A stretch of 62,400 nt of DNA, counting the filler, from Choristocarpus tenellus KU-1152 (lineage: Eukaryota; Protista; Phaeophyceae): assembly GCA_964200185.2 (NCBI GenBank). It is 10 parts of 10 records of this genome, joined end to end, with 100 filler letters (N's around TTAATTAATTAA, not from the genome) between each part and the next. Parts side by side here need not be neighbours in the genome. Positions count along the whole stretch, not along the records: positions 40,297 to 48,483 come from CAXNAD020005029.1; positions 48,584 to 56,852 come from CAXNAD020004913.1; 8 more parts are not named here. The stretch is one strand, 5' to 3'. The position numbers and the translations under genes were made by a program. Below, piece by piece: positions 40,429 through 53,406 of this stretch; position 1 is the first letter of the stretch; every line of letters begins with the position of its first letter. Under the pieces are notes generated by a model that worked only from the letters and a program-made list of their open reading frames with translations, made no database searches and was not told where the DNA came from.

Positions 40429-41479
40429 GTGTCTAAGGATGCGGTACGGAGTCAGGCTTGTTATGACCGCCTGAAGCGGCGGTGTAACAAACCCTTGGGT
40501 CGGCGAGGGCCACGTTTGAAGGACAAGGTGAGATACAACTGAGTTGTCAGACCCCTCATCAGAGGTTGTTGTTACACCACTCTCAGCTGCCTTCAGTGAA
40601 GTGTGAATATTATATTCTGCCTTCCAATTTTGTTCTCAATTCTGTATTCTGTCTCACTCTCCACAGCAGCATGCCATATACTCCGGAGTAAATAGGTGAA
40701 ATGGGCACAATCACGTGAGGACATTTGTAAATCCAATGGTAGTAGTATAAGCAGCCCCTTCATATATTAAGCCCACCTCACTTGGTGCCACCCTCACATG
40801 CCAGACTACCACTCACTAAGGCCACCCCCTTGACCCTTCCATCACAATTCCCTCATTATTTCAGTTAGAGAAAGCTCATCAGGCGTCCCATTTGCACCAG
40901 CAATTAGAACAGTATGCTGACTTGAGGTGCGTGGGCAACCGTTTATTGCGACCATAATTATAGGCAATCCACATGTTGAGTTTCCCACAATGTACTTATG
41001 ATAGACCTGGGTTGCATCAAGCCAAAGAAAATATGGATTGAAAACTAGCGACTTGCCAATTGTGTTGAATAACTGAACAAGTCTCAATTAAGAACTCCAC
41101 ACATTTTCTTGCTCTGGAGTGCTTTTCAATCTAAATTGCCACACAATCCACTCCCCAGCTTTGATTTGTGAGTCGAACAACTTTGTGGGTGTGGTCCATC
41201 TTTGCGCAGTAAGTCCAGATGGTAGCATCATTCTTGTGTTATGCGAATATGTACATACTTGTGCAACACAGTATTTGTAACATCATCCCATAGGAGTAGA
41301 CAAATGATTAATTCGCAGCAATGCCTCTCACTGACTGTCCCAAAACTATGAATCCCTTGGTTTTCATCAATCAGGAGGAGCTTCTTAGGGAAGCGATTGC
41401 ATGGGCCTGGGGTAGCAAATTTAAGTTGGGCCCTTACCCTGGAAGAAGGATGGGAAGAACGCTACATGCACTCTTTTGA
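40429..41479 (+). CDS. Probable last two exons of an unidentified gene
   Basis: Exon 40429-40527 (CAG|...AAG|GTGAGA; VSKDAVRSQACYDRLKRRCNKPLGRRGPRLKDK) joins in phase to 41375-41479 (EELLREAIAWAWGSKFKLGPYPGRRMGRTLHALF-stop). No family recognised. Confidence 0.45.
40800..41100 (-). mobile_element. Possible MULE transposase remnant
   Basis: FLWLDATQVYHKY...GLPIIMVAINGCPRT resembles the MULE catalytic segment (DATYxTNKYxLPL...GVDxxGxT). Confidence 0.3.
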
Positions 41480-44400
41480 GGGTTCTCCAGACTGGGCTAC
41501 CTTATACCTCCTTCGCTAAACAAAATAGACATCCTTGAAATGTCGAGCATCTTGTACTTAGCTCCACATGGTCCCTAAGCAGCAAAGGAGTACTGTCTGG
41601 AAAAGGTGTCGGGTTGGTGCTTAGGAACAACACACTATGACCTATGGTCAAGGGTCAACGAGGAGGTAGTGAGTACCAATAATGTAGTAATGTTGTGGAA
41701 ACAAGAAAGTAGAGTCAGCCTCTGTCAGCTTAGGACAATGATTTTAATTGCTGCGTATTGTGTGATGTGCTGTAGGACCTTGCAGCAAACAAATGAGAGG
41801 AGTCAGCACCCCACAAAAGAAATGCCTCACAGTCTGGTTCCTGATACAGTCACCGGGATATCCCGACACCCTGATTTTCAGTGGGATAGAAGATTTGGAT
41901 GGATCGAACTACTATGTACATTGATATATTGTTCTTCTTTCTTGACAGCCCTGTTCAAAGCGAGTTGACTGGAATTCAGTGGTAGAACACTCTCACATAC
42001 GTGCAGTGTTGACAAAAAGCCATGAGCCAATCGCTCTTCAGCGGTTGACTCATAAGACCTCTACATGTGTTGAGGAAGATAGTTGATGCTGGTTTACCGG
42101 AAATTCTTGCTGTTAGTAGCAGTGACTTAAACAAATGCGCGGGGCGCACAATGCATAATAGAACCTTCAAAATATGAATTATTGTGTGTTATATTTCACA
42201 AGGTTATTGTTGACATCACAGAGGTTTCTCGTCTGAATGGATCTCCCACTTGACTTGGGTTCACGAAAGTTGTGAGTCTTCCTTGAAACGCAACACAAAG
42301 TGCAAGTGTCTTCTCCGTTTGGCTTAGGTAAGGGAGAGTTTAAGAACACATTTTATCGCACAAACAATTCCAATGAATTGAGCACGAAAAATAAGCCGTT
42401 CGAAATTCAAGTTGGGATGATTCATATACTACAGAAATAAGGAACAGGCTTTGGAATCACATTTTGGCAATCTCGTCAACATGCTGCTTTCAGTGTAGGT
42501 AAATATAAAGTTGAAGTAAGCACTGCAAAATGTAAACAAGCATAGAAGCGGTTGGGGGCATGGATAATGTTCCTAGACAGTCCTGCTGATACACTATAGA
42601 CACCACTGGTGGAGTAGGTAGTAGGATGGAGAGCCAGGGATAGAGTCCACTGATTTGTGTTATGTTCTAGATACACTTGCTATACTGAAGACAAGTAAGC
42701 AAGTAAATCACAGTAGGTTATTGCAAACCCCACACTATAGGAAGAGTAATGGGTGCCACCAGTTGTGAGGCCCATGAGCTCAGTCAACGGAATTGAGACC
42801 ATAAACACCTTGTAACATTATCAATATATTTTCACACCAGCAAGCATTGTCCTCTACCAAGGCACACGATTAATCATCCTAACCACGGGTCCAGTGTGGA
42901 ATACCTCAACAGATGATATACATCGTACTACTATAGTTGTTCGGTGTATTTGATAATTCTTGCCTACCATAAAATACAATCGGGAGTCCTACATATTATA
43001 GTACAATGCAATGCATACCACAAGACTGGGTAGTAGTGACCAGCACCAATATTTCGAAATACACGTAATGGCAGGATTTGTACCCACATACACTCGGCAC
43101 TTCCAAAGCTTTGCTTGTACGTTAATGACTCTGTTTTCTCCTTTTGAGTAAGATTATTCTTTCAGCTGAGTTCCACTTTGAACTGCCTCATTTAAGTCAC
43201 ACAGCGACCCAAAGCATTTAAGAGGGTAGGAATTTTGCCCTGTTTATCTATTCAGGGCTTGGCTTACCACTGTTTTATTATGCCCTTTTTCGGTTGTCGA
43301 AAAGCATTCCGGAGTAGGTGTAAAATGCATACGACTATGAAGGTGTGGCCAGAACAAGGATATTGACACTTGTTAACAAACACGATAGCCAAATTTTCTT
43401 CAAAATCGCAACATTGGATTTTGAACCCCAAACGGACGCAACCCTACCCTCTTAAATGCTTTAATTCGCCGTGTCACCCTGTGGAAGCAAGCAGTCAGGG
43501 CAATGGACGCACATGAGCACGAACTTGCAATCACCAACTTCACTGCAAATGAAGGCAAATATAGGTTGATGGAGCAAATGCCATGTACGTACGTGTGCAC
43601 TGTACACCATACATTTTTTTGGGGTAATGTTGCTGTGGAGGTGGCTATCATTCGTTGTAATATCAATAATATAACCCCACTTGCAAATTTGAAACGTCCA
43701 TTCAATAGCCCCACCCATACACTCCACGAGGCAGTCAATCTAGTCACCTGCCCACCCTAGCTATTAGGAACAGTGTGTGACTGCAATGCCGAAGCGAACC
43801 CCACACATCAAACTAACAACACCCGGAAAAATGTGAATAGTTTTACTCTTTTTGCTTGGATGGATGTATTTCTTCCCTCCTTATAAGAAGGCATGTTCTT
43901 ATAGATGCCAGCAAAGAACATTTCGGCACCATTACTAATAGTGGATGAGCAAAGCAAGTGTAGGTCGGCTGCTGCAGCTATGCTTCATGTACTACTCCGT
44001 ACATAGAAGTAGAGAGATATCCACAGGAAGTGCGCGGTAAAAGGTCAATCGCAAAAGAAAAAATACACTGTAGAACTAAAAAATAAGACAAAATCAATGG
44101 TCAGGACAATGGTGAAGCAGAAAGGTAGGGTTCTTAGGAACAGGATGCAGGCAGAAGCCATGCGAACGTTTTTGTAAGTACGAGTGGTAGTCAAGAAAGA
44201 GGATGGAGAAAATAGATAAATACTTGCATAGATATGCTACTTGACATACACGTATGTAATACGCTACTACCAGCATACGGTACAGCACTGTTACCACCAC
44301 TGCAAGCACATATGCATCATGTGTGTATGTGCACACATAAATGTAGAGCAGAGAGATCTATTTGTTTGATCTAGACAACAGACATGCCATGACAGTAGTA

Positions 44401-44536
44401 CCTATCTGGAGTGCTCCTATCGCATATGAATACATTCACTACCACTACTGATTACTGGACCTTCTAGGCACCAAGACACGGGACATGGATTACTACTGGA
44501 ATGAAGAATGTGCATGGTCAATTCTTCATTTTTGAT

Positions 44537-44570
<34 letters not shown>

Positions 44571-45062
44571 CCACATGTTGTTACAAAGGATGACAAGGAG
44601 GCTCTTTCACAAGAAGGAGCTTCTCTTATGCACTAATTCAAGATTTTGTCAACAAGAGCGTCAGTGGAGTAGTGGAGCAGTGTAGGAGCGTAGCAATAAT
44701 ATATAGTCTGGAGTATATAGATGTATATAGTGCATGAGAACCAGTTTGGGGAACAACAGGTAAGAGTAATTTGTGGTCCTACATATTTCTTGGAATAATA
44801 ATAATAATAATAGTAGTATGTCGTACTGAACACTTACTATCTATAAATAAAGTACAAGGTACAAATGAATAGTTCAAATAATTAGTACTTGATACTAGGA
44901 AGTTCGTGAAAGGTAAAAAAAAATGCAGGGTGTAAGGTGTAGGGAAGCAGGGGGGAAATTGAAACGACCGTGAAACCGATGGTGAATGTTCTACAGCCTG
45001 TCTCTCAACATTCGGGGTGGACATCAAGCACACCTGTGGGCTAGATTGAAGTGAAAAGGTAG

Positions 45063-47832
45063 ATGCCTGAATATAGTCACAGCGATGCGGAGTCAGAGGA
45101 GCCTGGCGCACCTCTGCGAGGGCTCCAGATTGGAGATGAGATCCCTAATTTCACGTGTGACACGCACATGGGGATGGTCACGTTGCATCCCTATATTGAT
45201 GGCAGCTGGGGGGTTATCCTCATGTAAGCGCCAATCAGAACAGTTTAGAGTCTAAGAAGATAAGCGACCACATGCCAACTGGTTATTGATGTGCTCGTTA
45301 CCTGTGGACACAAATTCTACATGGGAGTTGAGAACGGAGCATATAACTAGCTCGTTCATTCGTTCCAACTTTGCCCCTATATTTCCCCATGTGACCAGCT
45401 TCACATAGCTCATCCTACTCAGCTTCGTGATTAAGGGTTCTGATACATAAATTTGAAAGGTTGGGGTGAAGGCAGACCGTAGACTCATTTTGTCTATCGG
45501 ATTATATTATGGTGATAATTCTCTCGAATTTTATTCATGATACAACTTGCATATTCTGGGCTGTCTACGGCATGCCACAGGTGAATATCCTTCCCGTTCA
45601 CTCCCTAGCTGTCCCCAGTTACCTCAGGAATAATGACCCTGTAGCGTGTACTAACCTTGGCATGCTGGCGAAGTTGACTGAAGAGTTCGAGGGACGAAAT
45701 TGCAAGCTGGTGGCAATCGGCGTTGACTCCAAAATTGGACATCGTTCTTTCATAAAGGAGACGCAAGTAAGAGTTTTCGCACTTCCCAGCTTGCGCTGAT
45801 AGAAGCCGTAGAAGTCAGTTCAGCATCGATCACGGCTCAAAGAGCCAAAGTATCTTCGAGGGTAGAGCCACGTCCATTTGGGGGCCAAGATCCAATGTTG
45901 GGATTTTGATGTAATTTTGGTTATTGTGTTTGCTAGGAAGTGTCAATATCCTTGTTCCAAACACACCTTTTCATAACATATGCATTTTACCTACTCCGAA
46001 ACAATTTGGAGGAGGAAAATATTATTAAAAAAAACATGGGAAGCCAAGCCCCAAACGGACAAGCAGTGCAAAACTCGTACCCTCTAAGATACTTTCACTC
46101 AAACCCATACCAACAGTCTTTGGAGTATACCGGTCATGTATCCCCCAATGAACAGTGTTTGTGTTTGGTTGCTTCCAGTTGTTTGACCACTTCATATAGC
46201 TAGCCACCCTATCTTAGAGGAGGGTATATCATTGAGTATCTGGGACCCTTGTATCTTCCTTTAACTGCATGAACTTGTGGCACTCTGGGGGGAATCTTGA
46301 GCCATGTAGACAAAAATCCGTCCTCTCTTCTTAAATGGCATCCTCCTGAGGGGGGATAGCTGCATTTCTGGCATGTGAATGGGTTATTAGGCCGTAGAGA
46401 GAATCAAAATAGGCCCCCCTTCAAGATAGGATGGCTCGAACTTCTTCATACCCAAGCCACAATCCAAGACTCATGTCCAAGACTCCAGTCCACGATCTAG
46501 AGTACTGATAAAATACCCCTTCTCTCCAACCCGCAACAACTGGTAGGAGCTGCAGGACTGTGAAATAAAGTTCCCCCTTGTGGCTGATGCAGGGGGAGAT
46601 ATTTTATCCTTGTTGGGGTTGGTACGATGGGATGCGCTGGACCCAGCGAAAGGTACCGTGCCCCAGGTGGGTACATTAATTCCTTGGTTATTTCAGTGAA
46701 GCTGCTGGCTCTAGTGTTGAGGTACAATGACTGTACATCATGCTGTACGGCAGGTGCAAGAAGGAGGTACCTGGTTAAGGCGAGAGAGTGCTCCTGTCCC
46801 ATGAGTAAAGCAAAATTGTGCTTGGAGTTGATCCTGGGTTTTGTTGACTACAGAAGAGATGATAGGTGGCCATGTATCATCCCATGTGTATGGTCAACCA
46901 TGAAGAACTCAATTGGGATTCATTCTTATTTATTTTGCTGACTGATCCAACAGAGGAAGATGTCTTCATTTGCCCACTGTGCAATCCTATTATAATGGAT
47001 TGTAGTCCTTTATGATTGAACCATGTGTATGCGGAAGCAACATGCCGGAAAACTTAGCAGCAACTGTCTTGCTCCGTCCCTGCTCAATCCCACCTTCTGG
47101 GTTGCTCTTTTCCATACCCTCAGACAACTCTATTCCTTGTAGATCTGGACAAACGTGTGAAGTTGATATCTCAGTATCCGTCTACTGTGGGGCAGAACTA
47201 TTACGAGGTAAGTGTTGAACCAAATGGTGGATTAGCTTTGTTTTCTTCTCAGCCCTCCAGGATCTGAGAGTAAGCCCCTACTTTCCGCTGCTGGAGTGCA
47301 CATGCTAGAATGATTGACACCCTCCTGATCTTGAAGTCAGCTATTCCTGATAATCCACCGTCCATTGCCATGGTTAATGAGATGGACTGAATACGTGCCG
47401 ATTGCCCTTGTGTACACTGGAATGTGACTCTGTAGCCGACTCCAGCAGTGAATTGTATGTTGATCCTACTCAAGTACCACTGTCGAGCTGATGTGTACAC
47501 ATGTCAGGACAAATGAACAATGTCTGCTCCTTGCTTGCTCACCCTAGAACTGCCCTGTGACATCTCACTACCTTTTGCTGTAAGTGAGGCACATCACCCC
47601 AACTTGTTGTGCTTTGGTCTGTCATCCTCGGTGAGAAAATCAGGTCACCTTGAGGAACATGTTCATAACTCTCTCACTCCCTGCCACACCTTGCCATATT
47701 GTTCCACACCAATGTTACATGCTGATTGTCCAGACCTTACGAGCAATTGATGCAATACAGCAGGCAACATTCAACCAGGTTGGAATGCCAGCCAACTGGA
47801 AGGAGGGCGAGGATGTATTCATTAACCTTGAT
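45063..47832 (+). CDS. 1-Cys peroxiredoxin (Prx6)-like protein with degenerate peroxidase active site, 5 exons, 3' end missing
   Basis: Exons 45063-45223 (MPEY...GLQIGDEIPNFTCDTHMGMVTLHPYIDGSWGVIL), 45619-45766 (IYLRNNDPVACTNLGMLAKLTEEFEGRNCKLVAIGVDS), 46547-46666 (ELQDCEIKFPLVADAGGDILSLLGLV), 47124-47207 (TTLFLVDLDKRVKLISQYPSTVGQNYYE), 47734-47832 (TLRAIDAIQQATFNQVGMPANWKEGEDVFI). All GT-AG, in phase and colinear with Prx6. Confidence 0.9.
45842..46100. mobile_element. MITE family R2 copy in intron 2 of the Prx6-like gene
   Basis: GAGCCAAAGTATCTTCGAGGGT...ACCCTCTAAGATACTTTCACTC. Confidence 0.85.
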
Positions 47833-48583
47833 GTGAGAGCTCAAGCTGGGCAAATACAGAAATGCTATCCCGGGTTTGTCACACTTTGGACTGCTTGTCA
47901 AGCTCCATGCGCTCTTGAACGGGGTCCTACCTGGCAAGGTTGCTACAAAAGTTGAAGTGTGAAAGCTATGGAGCATATATGTAGAGGGTTGTTAATGGCA
48001 TATGTTCATCTCATTTCCCTGTGCAATGCACACTTGAAAGAGATTTTGCATGCGCTTTCTCTGTTAGGGTTAGGGTTAGGGTTAGGTGGTCAGATTCACC
48101 CTGTATGAAAATCTCCAGCACACGTGCAACATTGAATAGTGTACTATGCAATAACTGGATGTACACGTACAACTGAATGAGTTTAATCCCACGAAGAAGA
48201 TCTAGAAGTTGTCAAGCAACTTCCAGAACCCTTGCTAGGATGCGCAATGCACACATATTGTGTTGGTCACATTTCTTGTTGTAGTTGAGTACACTTGGGG
48301 TGGGGGCCACATTACTGAGACATCTGGCGAGTCTATTTAAAGGAACTTTTGGACTCCGTGGCATGAAATAGTATAATTGTGACATACAGACCCAAAGTGG
48401 GGGGTCTACACAAGGGTGTCCATTTGGGTCAACATCAGGAAAAGTGCATTTACAGTAACCATCTGACGTATGCAACCAAATCANNNNNNNNNNNNNNNNN
48501 NNNNNNNNNNNNNNNNNNNNNNNNNNNTTAATTAATTAANNNNNNNNNNNNNNNNNNNNNNNNNNNNNNNNNNNNNNNNNNNN

Positions 48584-50505
48584 CCTTCCTCACTTCAACC
48601 TTTTACTCCCCTGTATCTGTTCAACTTGTCACATGCTTCTACTCACACTGTGCCCCTAGGTGACTGTCCCAGACTCTGGTATATTGCACCTCCAGCGCCA
48701 TGCCCGCCTGAACCTGGGACAGAGAGCGGACCTTGTCTGATATCAGAAATGAGAGGGTCTTACCACGGTGGTGTGCTTGGAGAGAGGAACCTTGTCGCTG
48801 CCGGTGATGTGGATGGGGACTATGAGGGGTCGGGATCGGGAGGACTGAGAGTGGACACTGGGAGGTGAGTTCTGTAAGTTTTGAGGATATTGAAAAGGGT
48901 TATGCTTGTGCGAGTCTGAAAGGGAATGTGATTCGTTTGATGATCATATCCAAAACATCAATATGGCCCACCTCTTTGATTGGCATACTGATGGGAACAT
49001 GAGTAAAATTATCAGTAAATAAATATTTTCAGGTGGCATACTGCAAACTGCCCAATGTTTCGTCCACGAGATACTTCGGAGTATATGCTGTAAGATTGAA
49101 AAGCAGCAAGTTTTTTGCAAGCAAGGTCTTGATGGGAAAAGGTCTTTTTTGGTGTACTATTACCTCGGAGTAGTATGTTTTGTGGTGTAAAGGTTTTCAG
49201 AGCTATGTGCTTGGTCAGAGTGTTTTAAGTCCATGACTCTGTATAGAATGATGTGCTGTGACTGCTTTTGTTGTGGTTAAGTTCTTCGTGAATGACAACC
49301 TCGAGGGTTAGGGTTCAAGGGTGATTTGGGTTCTCTGTTTGATGACATTCCTTACAGCGGAAGTAGGGTTGACTCTTGATGGGATTTGGGTTATTCGTTT
49401 GTTTTTATTGCTGAGGTATTTGTTGAGGTATCTGTTGTTAGCTTGTTTGGGTCTCGCATGCTTTTTTTTGCCCTTCCCCCGGGAAAACTTTTCTAATAAA
49501 ACCTTTGGCCCAGAGATGTTTCATGCCTGAAGCGCTTGAAACTGCGGTGGGCATATCATCTCTGGGAAAGACGCCACCTCCGGTAGTTGTACACTTGTAG
49601 GCCGGTATTGCTTGTTTTTACATACCATACCTTATTGTTAGTCTTGAGCTTGAAGGTTGAAAAGACCCCGCGTTCTCCTTACCTTGTTCCCTGTTGGTTG
49701 TGGGTTGAATTGGTTGGAATTCGTTTCAATTGCTAACGAAGTTAGAATCTCAACTGTGTTAGATGGACTTCGTTTGAGCGGTGCTTTGTACGAACATGCT
49801 TATCTGCCCACTTTGTCCTTGTGTTACACACACAGCGGTTTCACAAGCGGTTCTTGGTACCACCTATGAGTACTTAGAACCTACTCTATATTGTCCCTCA
49901 ACGCCCTCTGAGCTTGGTTGTTACCTCATCCGAGAGACTTGGACGGTCTGTCTACCTCAGCAAGACTCCCCCTCATTCTGTAGTCCCCTCCATGGCATGC
50001 CTGGGTGTTTTTGAAATATTTACACGAGTCGCCTTTCCTGTATTGATGTCCCTTCCCCGCCCTTGTGTGCTTCTTTAACTCAAGGTGGAGGCCTCTAGGC
50101 TCAGTGTTTTCACTAGGTCTGGCAGTGATGTCCGGGGGGGTTGGTTTTCTTTCACCTGTGCAGGCGAGTTCACTGATCTTTGTGCTTTGATGATTGTTAT
50201 TGGTGTTAGTTGTTCTCTGATAGTTGAGCTGTTTTATGCCCTCTCCGATTTTTGTGTTCAGTTACCCAGACCAACACGATTTCGTTGTTGCTACCTATGT
50301 AAAGTAGGCACCTGGGCATTCTGATGTATTCGGTAAAGTGTCTTAGGAAGGATAGTGGTGGGGATTAGAGTTGATAGGATGTTGTTAGTTTTGTTGAAGC
50401 TGTTCAGGACTATTTTATCCACTCTGTCTAGACCCTTGGAAGGTTAGGTGTGAAGTTGGTGTAAGTGCTCTTGTTAGTTGAGTTGTATTCAATGTCTCCA
50501 GTATG

Positions 50506-50545
<40 letters not shown>

Positions 50546-51250
50546 CTTTATGGCGGGAGAAATTGATAGACTAAAATGGGCTGGGCAAATGGCGTATGGA
50601 TGTAGAGGTCAACTGATTGTGCCACAGGGTACTACCTGCTTCACCCCCAGTGCCCTAAACAGCAGGATCCTGTTTCTAAACCCGAAGTATCTCGATCCAG
50701 CTTTACTCAATGGATGCACATCCACCTCAATCTTGAACCAGACAAATCACCCCTGCTACCCTAACACTGAACTCCTAGTACACCTTCACTATCCTTGCTT
50801 ACGAGTGTTGAGGTAGGCAAAGCTCAAGCTCAGTCATCAGACCCGAACTCAAAACAAGACTTGCACGAGACCAGTCCTGTACTAGGTCAGGAACCTCAAA
50901 ATATTGTTCTGGGTTGGTGTTGATAACGCCTTCTCAGGTGACCCTATCGTCTGTTGCAATCCTAAGAAGGGTTGCCTCTCTCTCCAAAGGGCACGACACC
51001 CGAGGGATTCCTCTTTGGCCTGTTCCGAGGGGGAGGCGTCTCCTTGGGTCCTTTGACACACTTTCTGTCTTGGCAACTCTTCTTTTGGGGCACTCTTTGG
51101 GAGGGGGTGTTGTAGGCGAGGTGGCGTTGCTCCTGGCGGATATTTGCAAGGACAATGAAGAGGCTGGGGGCAGACTGTTCTTGACGGGGGCGTTCTTCTT
51201 TGCACTACTGTATCCCGGGTGAGTGTCAGGGCTGAGCGTGGCATGACCTT
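48584..51250 (-). mobile_element. Degenerate retroelement, possibly DIRS/Ngaro type (RT followed by possible tyrosine recombinase)
   Basis: RT-like remnants LRIATDDR...YFEVPDL...MTELEL/AYLN...VHPLSKAGSRYFGFRNRILLFRALG at ~50600-51000; YR-like RCNIPESGTVT*GHSVSRSM at ~48630-48720. Confidence 0.35.
50506..50544 (+). repeat. (GACA)n microsatellite; (CT)n tracts also at ~44538-44567 and ~60768-60800
   Basis: Direct reading. Confidence 0.9.
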
Positions 51251-51700
51251 GTCTGGATGGGGGTTTTGTGTGTTCTGGTGCAGTGAGTGACGTGGGCGTG
51301 ATTCAGGTATGCTGAGCTTACCCTATTGTTGTTGCGTTAGAGTTAGGGTTTTGTTGTGATTCTTACGAAGGAGGGTTTAGGAGACAGATTTAGATTGTGC
51401 TGGTTTGCTTGTTTACTGGAGGTTTGTTCCGAGACCGTGTGGAGATGGAGGTTCTCACTTGCCCGGGCAGTCGTGTGAGTGGCGCTTGGGTCACATCATT
51501 GACCCTACATCTTGACCTTGAGCATCACCTCTATTAACACCAAGATGGCCCCAGTAGACCGTTTTTTCAAATTGTTCCCTCTTCATAGTGGTGCTGAAAA
51601 TGAGAAAATGGAGACTGGAAAGTGGTGAGTTTTAGGTGATCAGTGCCGTGGTGACCATGATCTTGATTGGTAGGTATGCGGCGTGTAGCATGCTTGGGGA

Positions 51701-51833
51701 TGTGATAAGTTTGTAGTCATGTGATAAGTTTGTAGTCATGTGATAAGTTTGTAGTCATGTGATAAGTTTGTAGTCATGTGATAAGTTTGTAGTCATGTGA
51801 TAAGTTTGTAGTCATGTGATAAGTTTGTAGTCA
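51701..51833 (+). repeat. Minisatellite, 19-bp unit TGTGATAAGTTTGTAGTCA x7
   Basis: Perfect tandem copies with no spacers. Confidence 0.95.
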
Positions 51834-52534
51834 TGTGCTATCATGAGTGAGTCAAGGTCAGTTAGCAAACCCCAACCCGTGACATCCCAAGGGCGTTGGG
51901 TTTGTGTTAGATTGTGAACTTTTTTGGGAGTTGTTTCTTTTGTATTGCTTGACTCTCTTCAAGGGACACAAATCAGCAGATAGAGTTCTTGGTATAGGTG
52001 TATCGAATAGGGTCAAACTGAGCATCCTGGGGTGTTCTTCAATGTATCTATATTTGGCACAATATCCACAGAGAGTATTCCAGGAACCCTGAGTGGTGCA
52101 TGCTTACGGTTGAGAACAGGTGACGATCGATTTTGGAACAGGGGAAGCACAAGTTAATGGGTTAAGTGCAGTACATAGTCCTTCCTCTATTGATGCAATG
52201 CACGTGTAACTAGTCTAAGTATCTAGTCATGATCCCCCCTACCACACCCTGCCTTGGCCCCTAACCCCCCACTCTCTACCCTCCTTACTTTTTTTCTTTC
52301 TGATTTTGATGCAGGAACGATTATGTTCATGTGGCCAAGCTCCTTGCCCAAACACACATGCTTCAGCGAAGTCTAAACAGGTATGACTATGGACCACTGC
52401 TTGTTCCATTCCCATCATTCCCATCCATTTCCATCATACAATACTCTTCTCGTGTAGTGTCAGGGTTGAATAAAAAGCTTGGACCACTTGCAAGACAAGG
52501 TGGAGCATGAACGTTAGTTTGGTGTGACTCAGGT

Positions 52535-52660
52535 GTAAGTTAAGTTGAGTTAAGTTAAGTTGAGTTGAGTTGAGTTGAGTTGGGTTGGGTTGGGTAAAGC
52601 TAAGTTAAGGTAAGGTAATTTAAGGTAAGGTAAGGTAATTTAAGGTAAGGTAAGGTAAGT
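52535..52660 (+). repeat. Compound pentanucleotide microsatellite (TTAAG/TTGAG/TTGGG/GTAAG)
   Basis: 5-nt period with the unit drifting stepwise. Confidence 0.85.
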
Positions 52661-53305
52661 TTTGGATTGTTTTTCATGGCTATATTGAGGGAATCGTAGC
52701 ATTGTTATACCTTGAGGATGTTGAAGTGAAAGAGTTAGTCTGGGAGCAGTCCTTCGAACAGTACTACATTGTCCCCTTGTAAGACTAGTTCATTCTGGGT
52801 GTTTCCAGCTCTCTATATCTTGACCAACATGTTCTTACAGGTCTGACTGTGGATCACTGATAAATGCGTGCACAACTCTTTCCTCCCATTTTTGTGCTTA
52901 TCATACCTTATCATACCTTATTCACTCTCGTTGCTGTGAATAATTGCATCTTATAATCTCCCCTGAAAGTCCTGTTGGTCTACAATTCCCACTCCAGCGC
53001 AATGATTCTAGTAACAACACCGACCTCAACGTGCTGTGCAAAACTGTATTGGGGTTAGGGTTAGGGCATGTCGAGCATTCAGAACGAGCTGAAGAGTACC
53101 ACGTGTTGGGGATAAAGTCAGGCATTCCCCAACGCTGCAAGCACTGCAAACATGATCAATAGACTCACATATGTATCAATCATCTGCTACCCTCTAATAT
53201 TATGAGTGCTGAAGTTTGTTCCCCTTGGTCTGTCACTCGACGGACCCTCACCCATCGCCTTCCAAGCCCTTCGCCCTTCTTACTTCATGTGCTGTGATGA
53301 ACACC

Positions 53306-53389
53306 TTGCTATTCCAATCACGTCTTTGCTATTCCAATCACGTCTTTGCTATTCCAATCACGTCTTTGCTATTTCAATCACGTCTTTGC
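53306..53389 (+). repeat. Minisatellite, 20-bp unit TTGCTATTCCAATCACGTCT x4, just upstream of an RME-8 acceptor
   Basis: Four tandem copies with one substitution. Confidence 0.92.
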
Positions 53390-53406
53390 ATTGCTCGTGC
53401 GAACAG

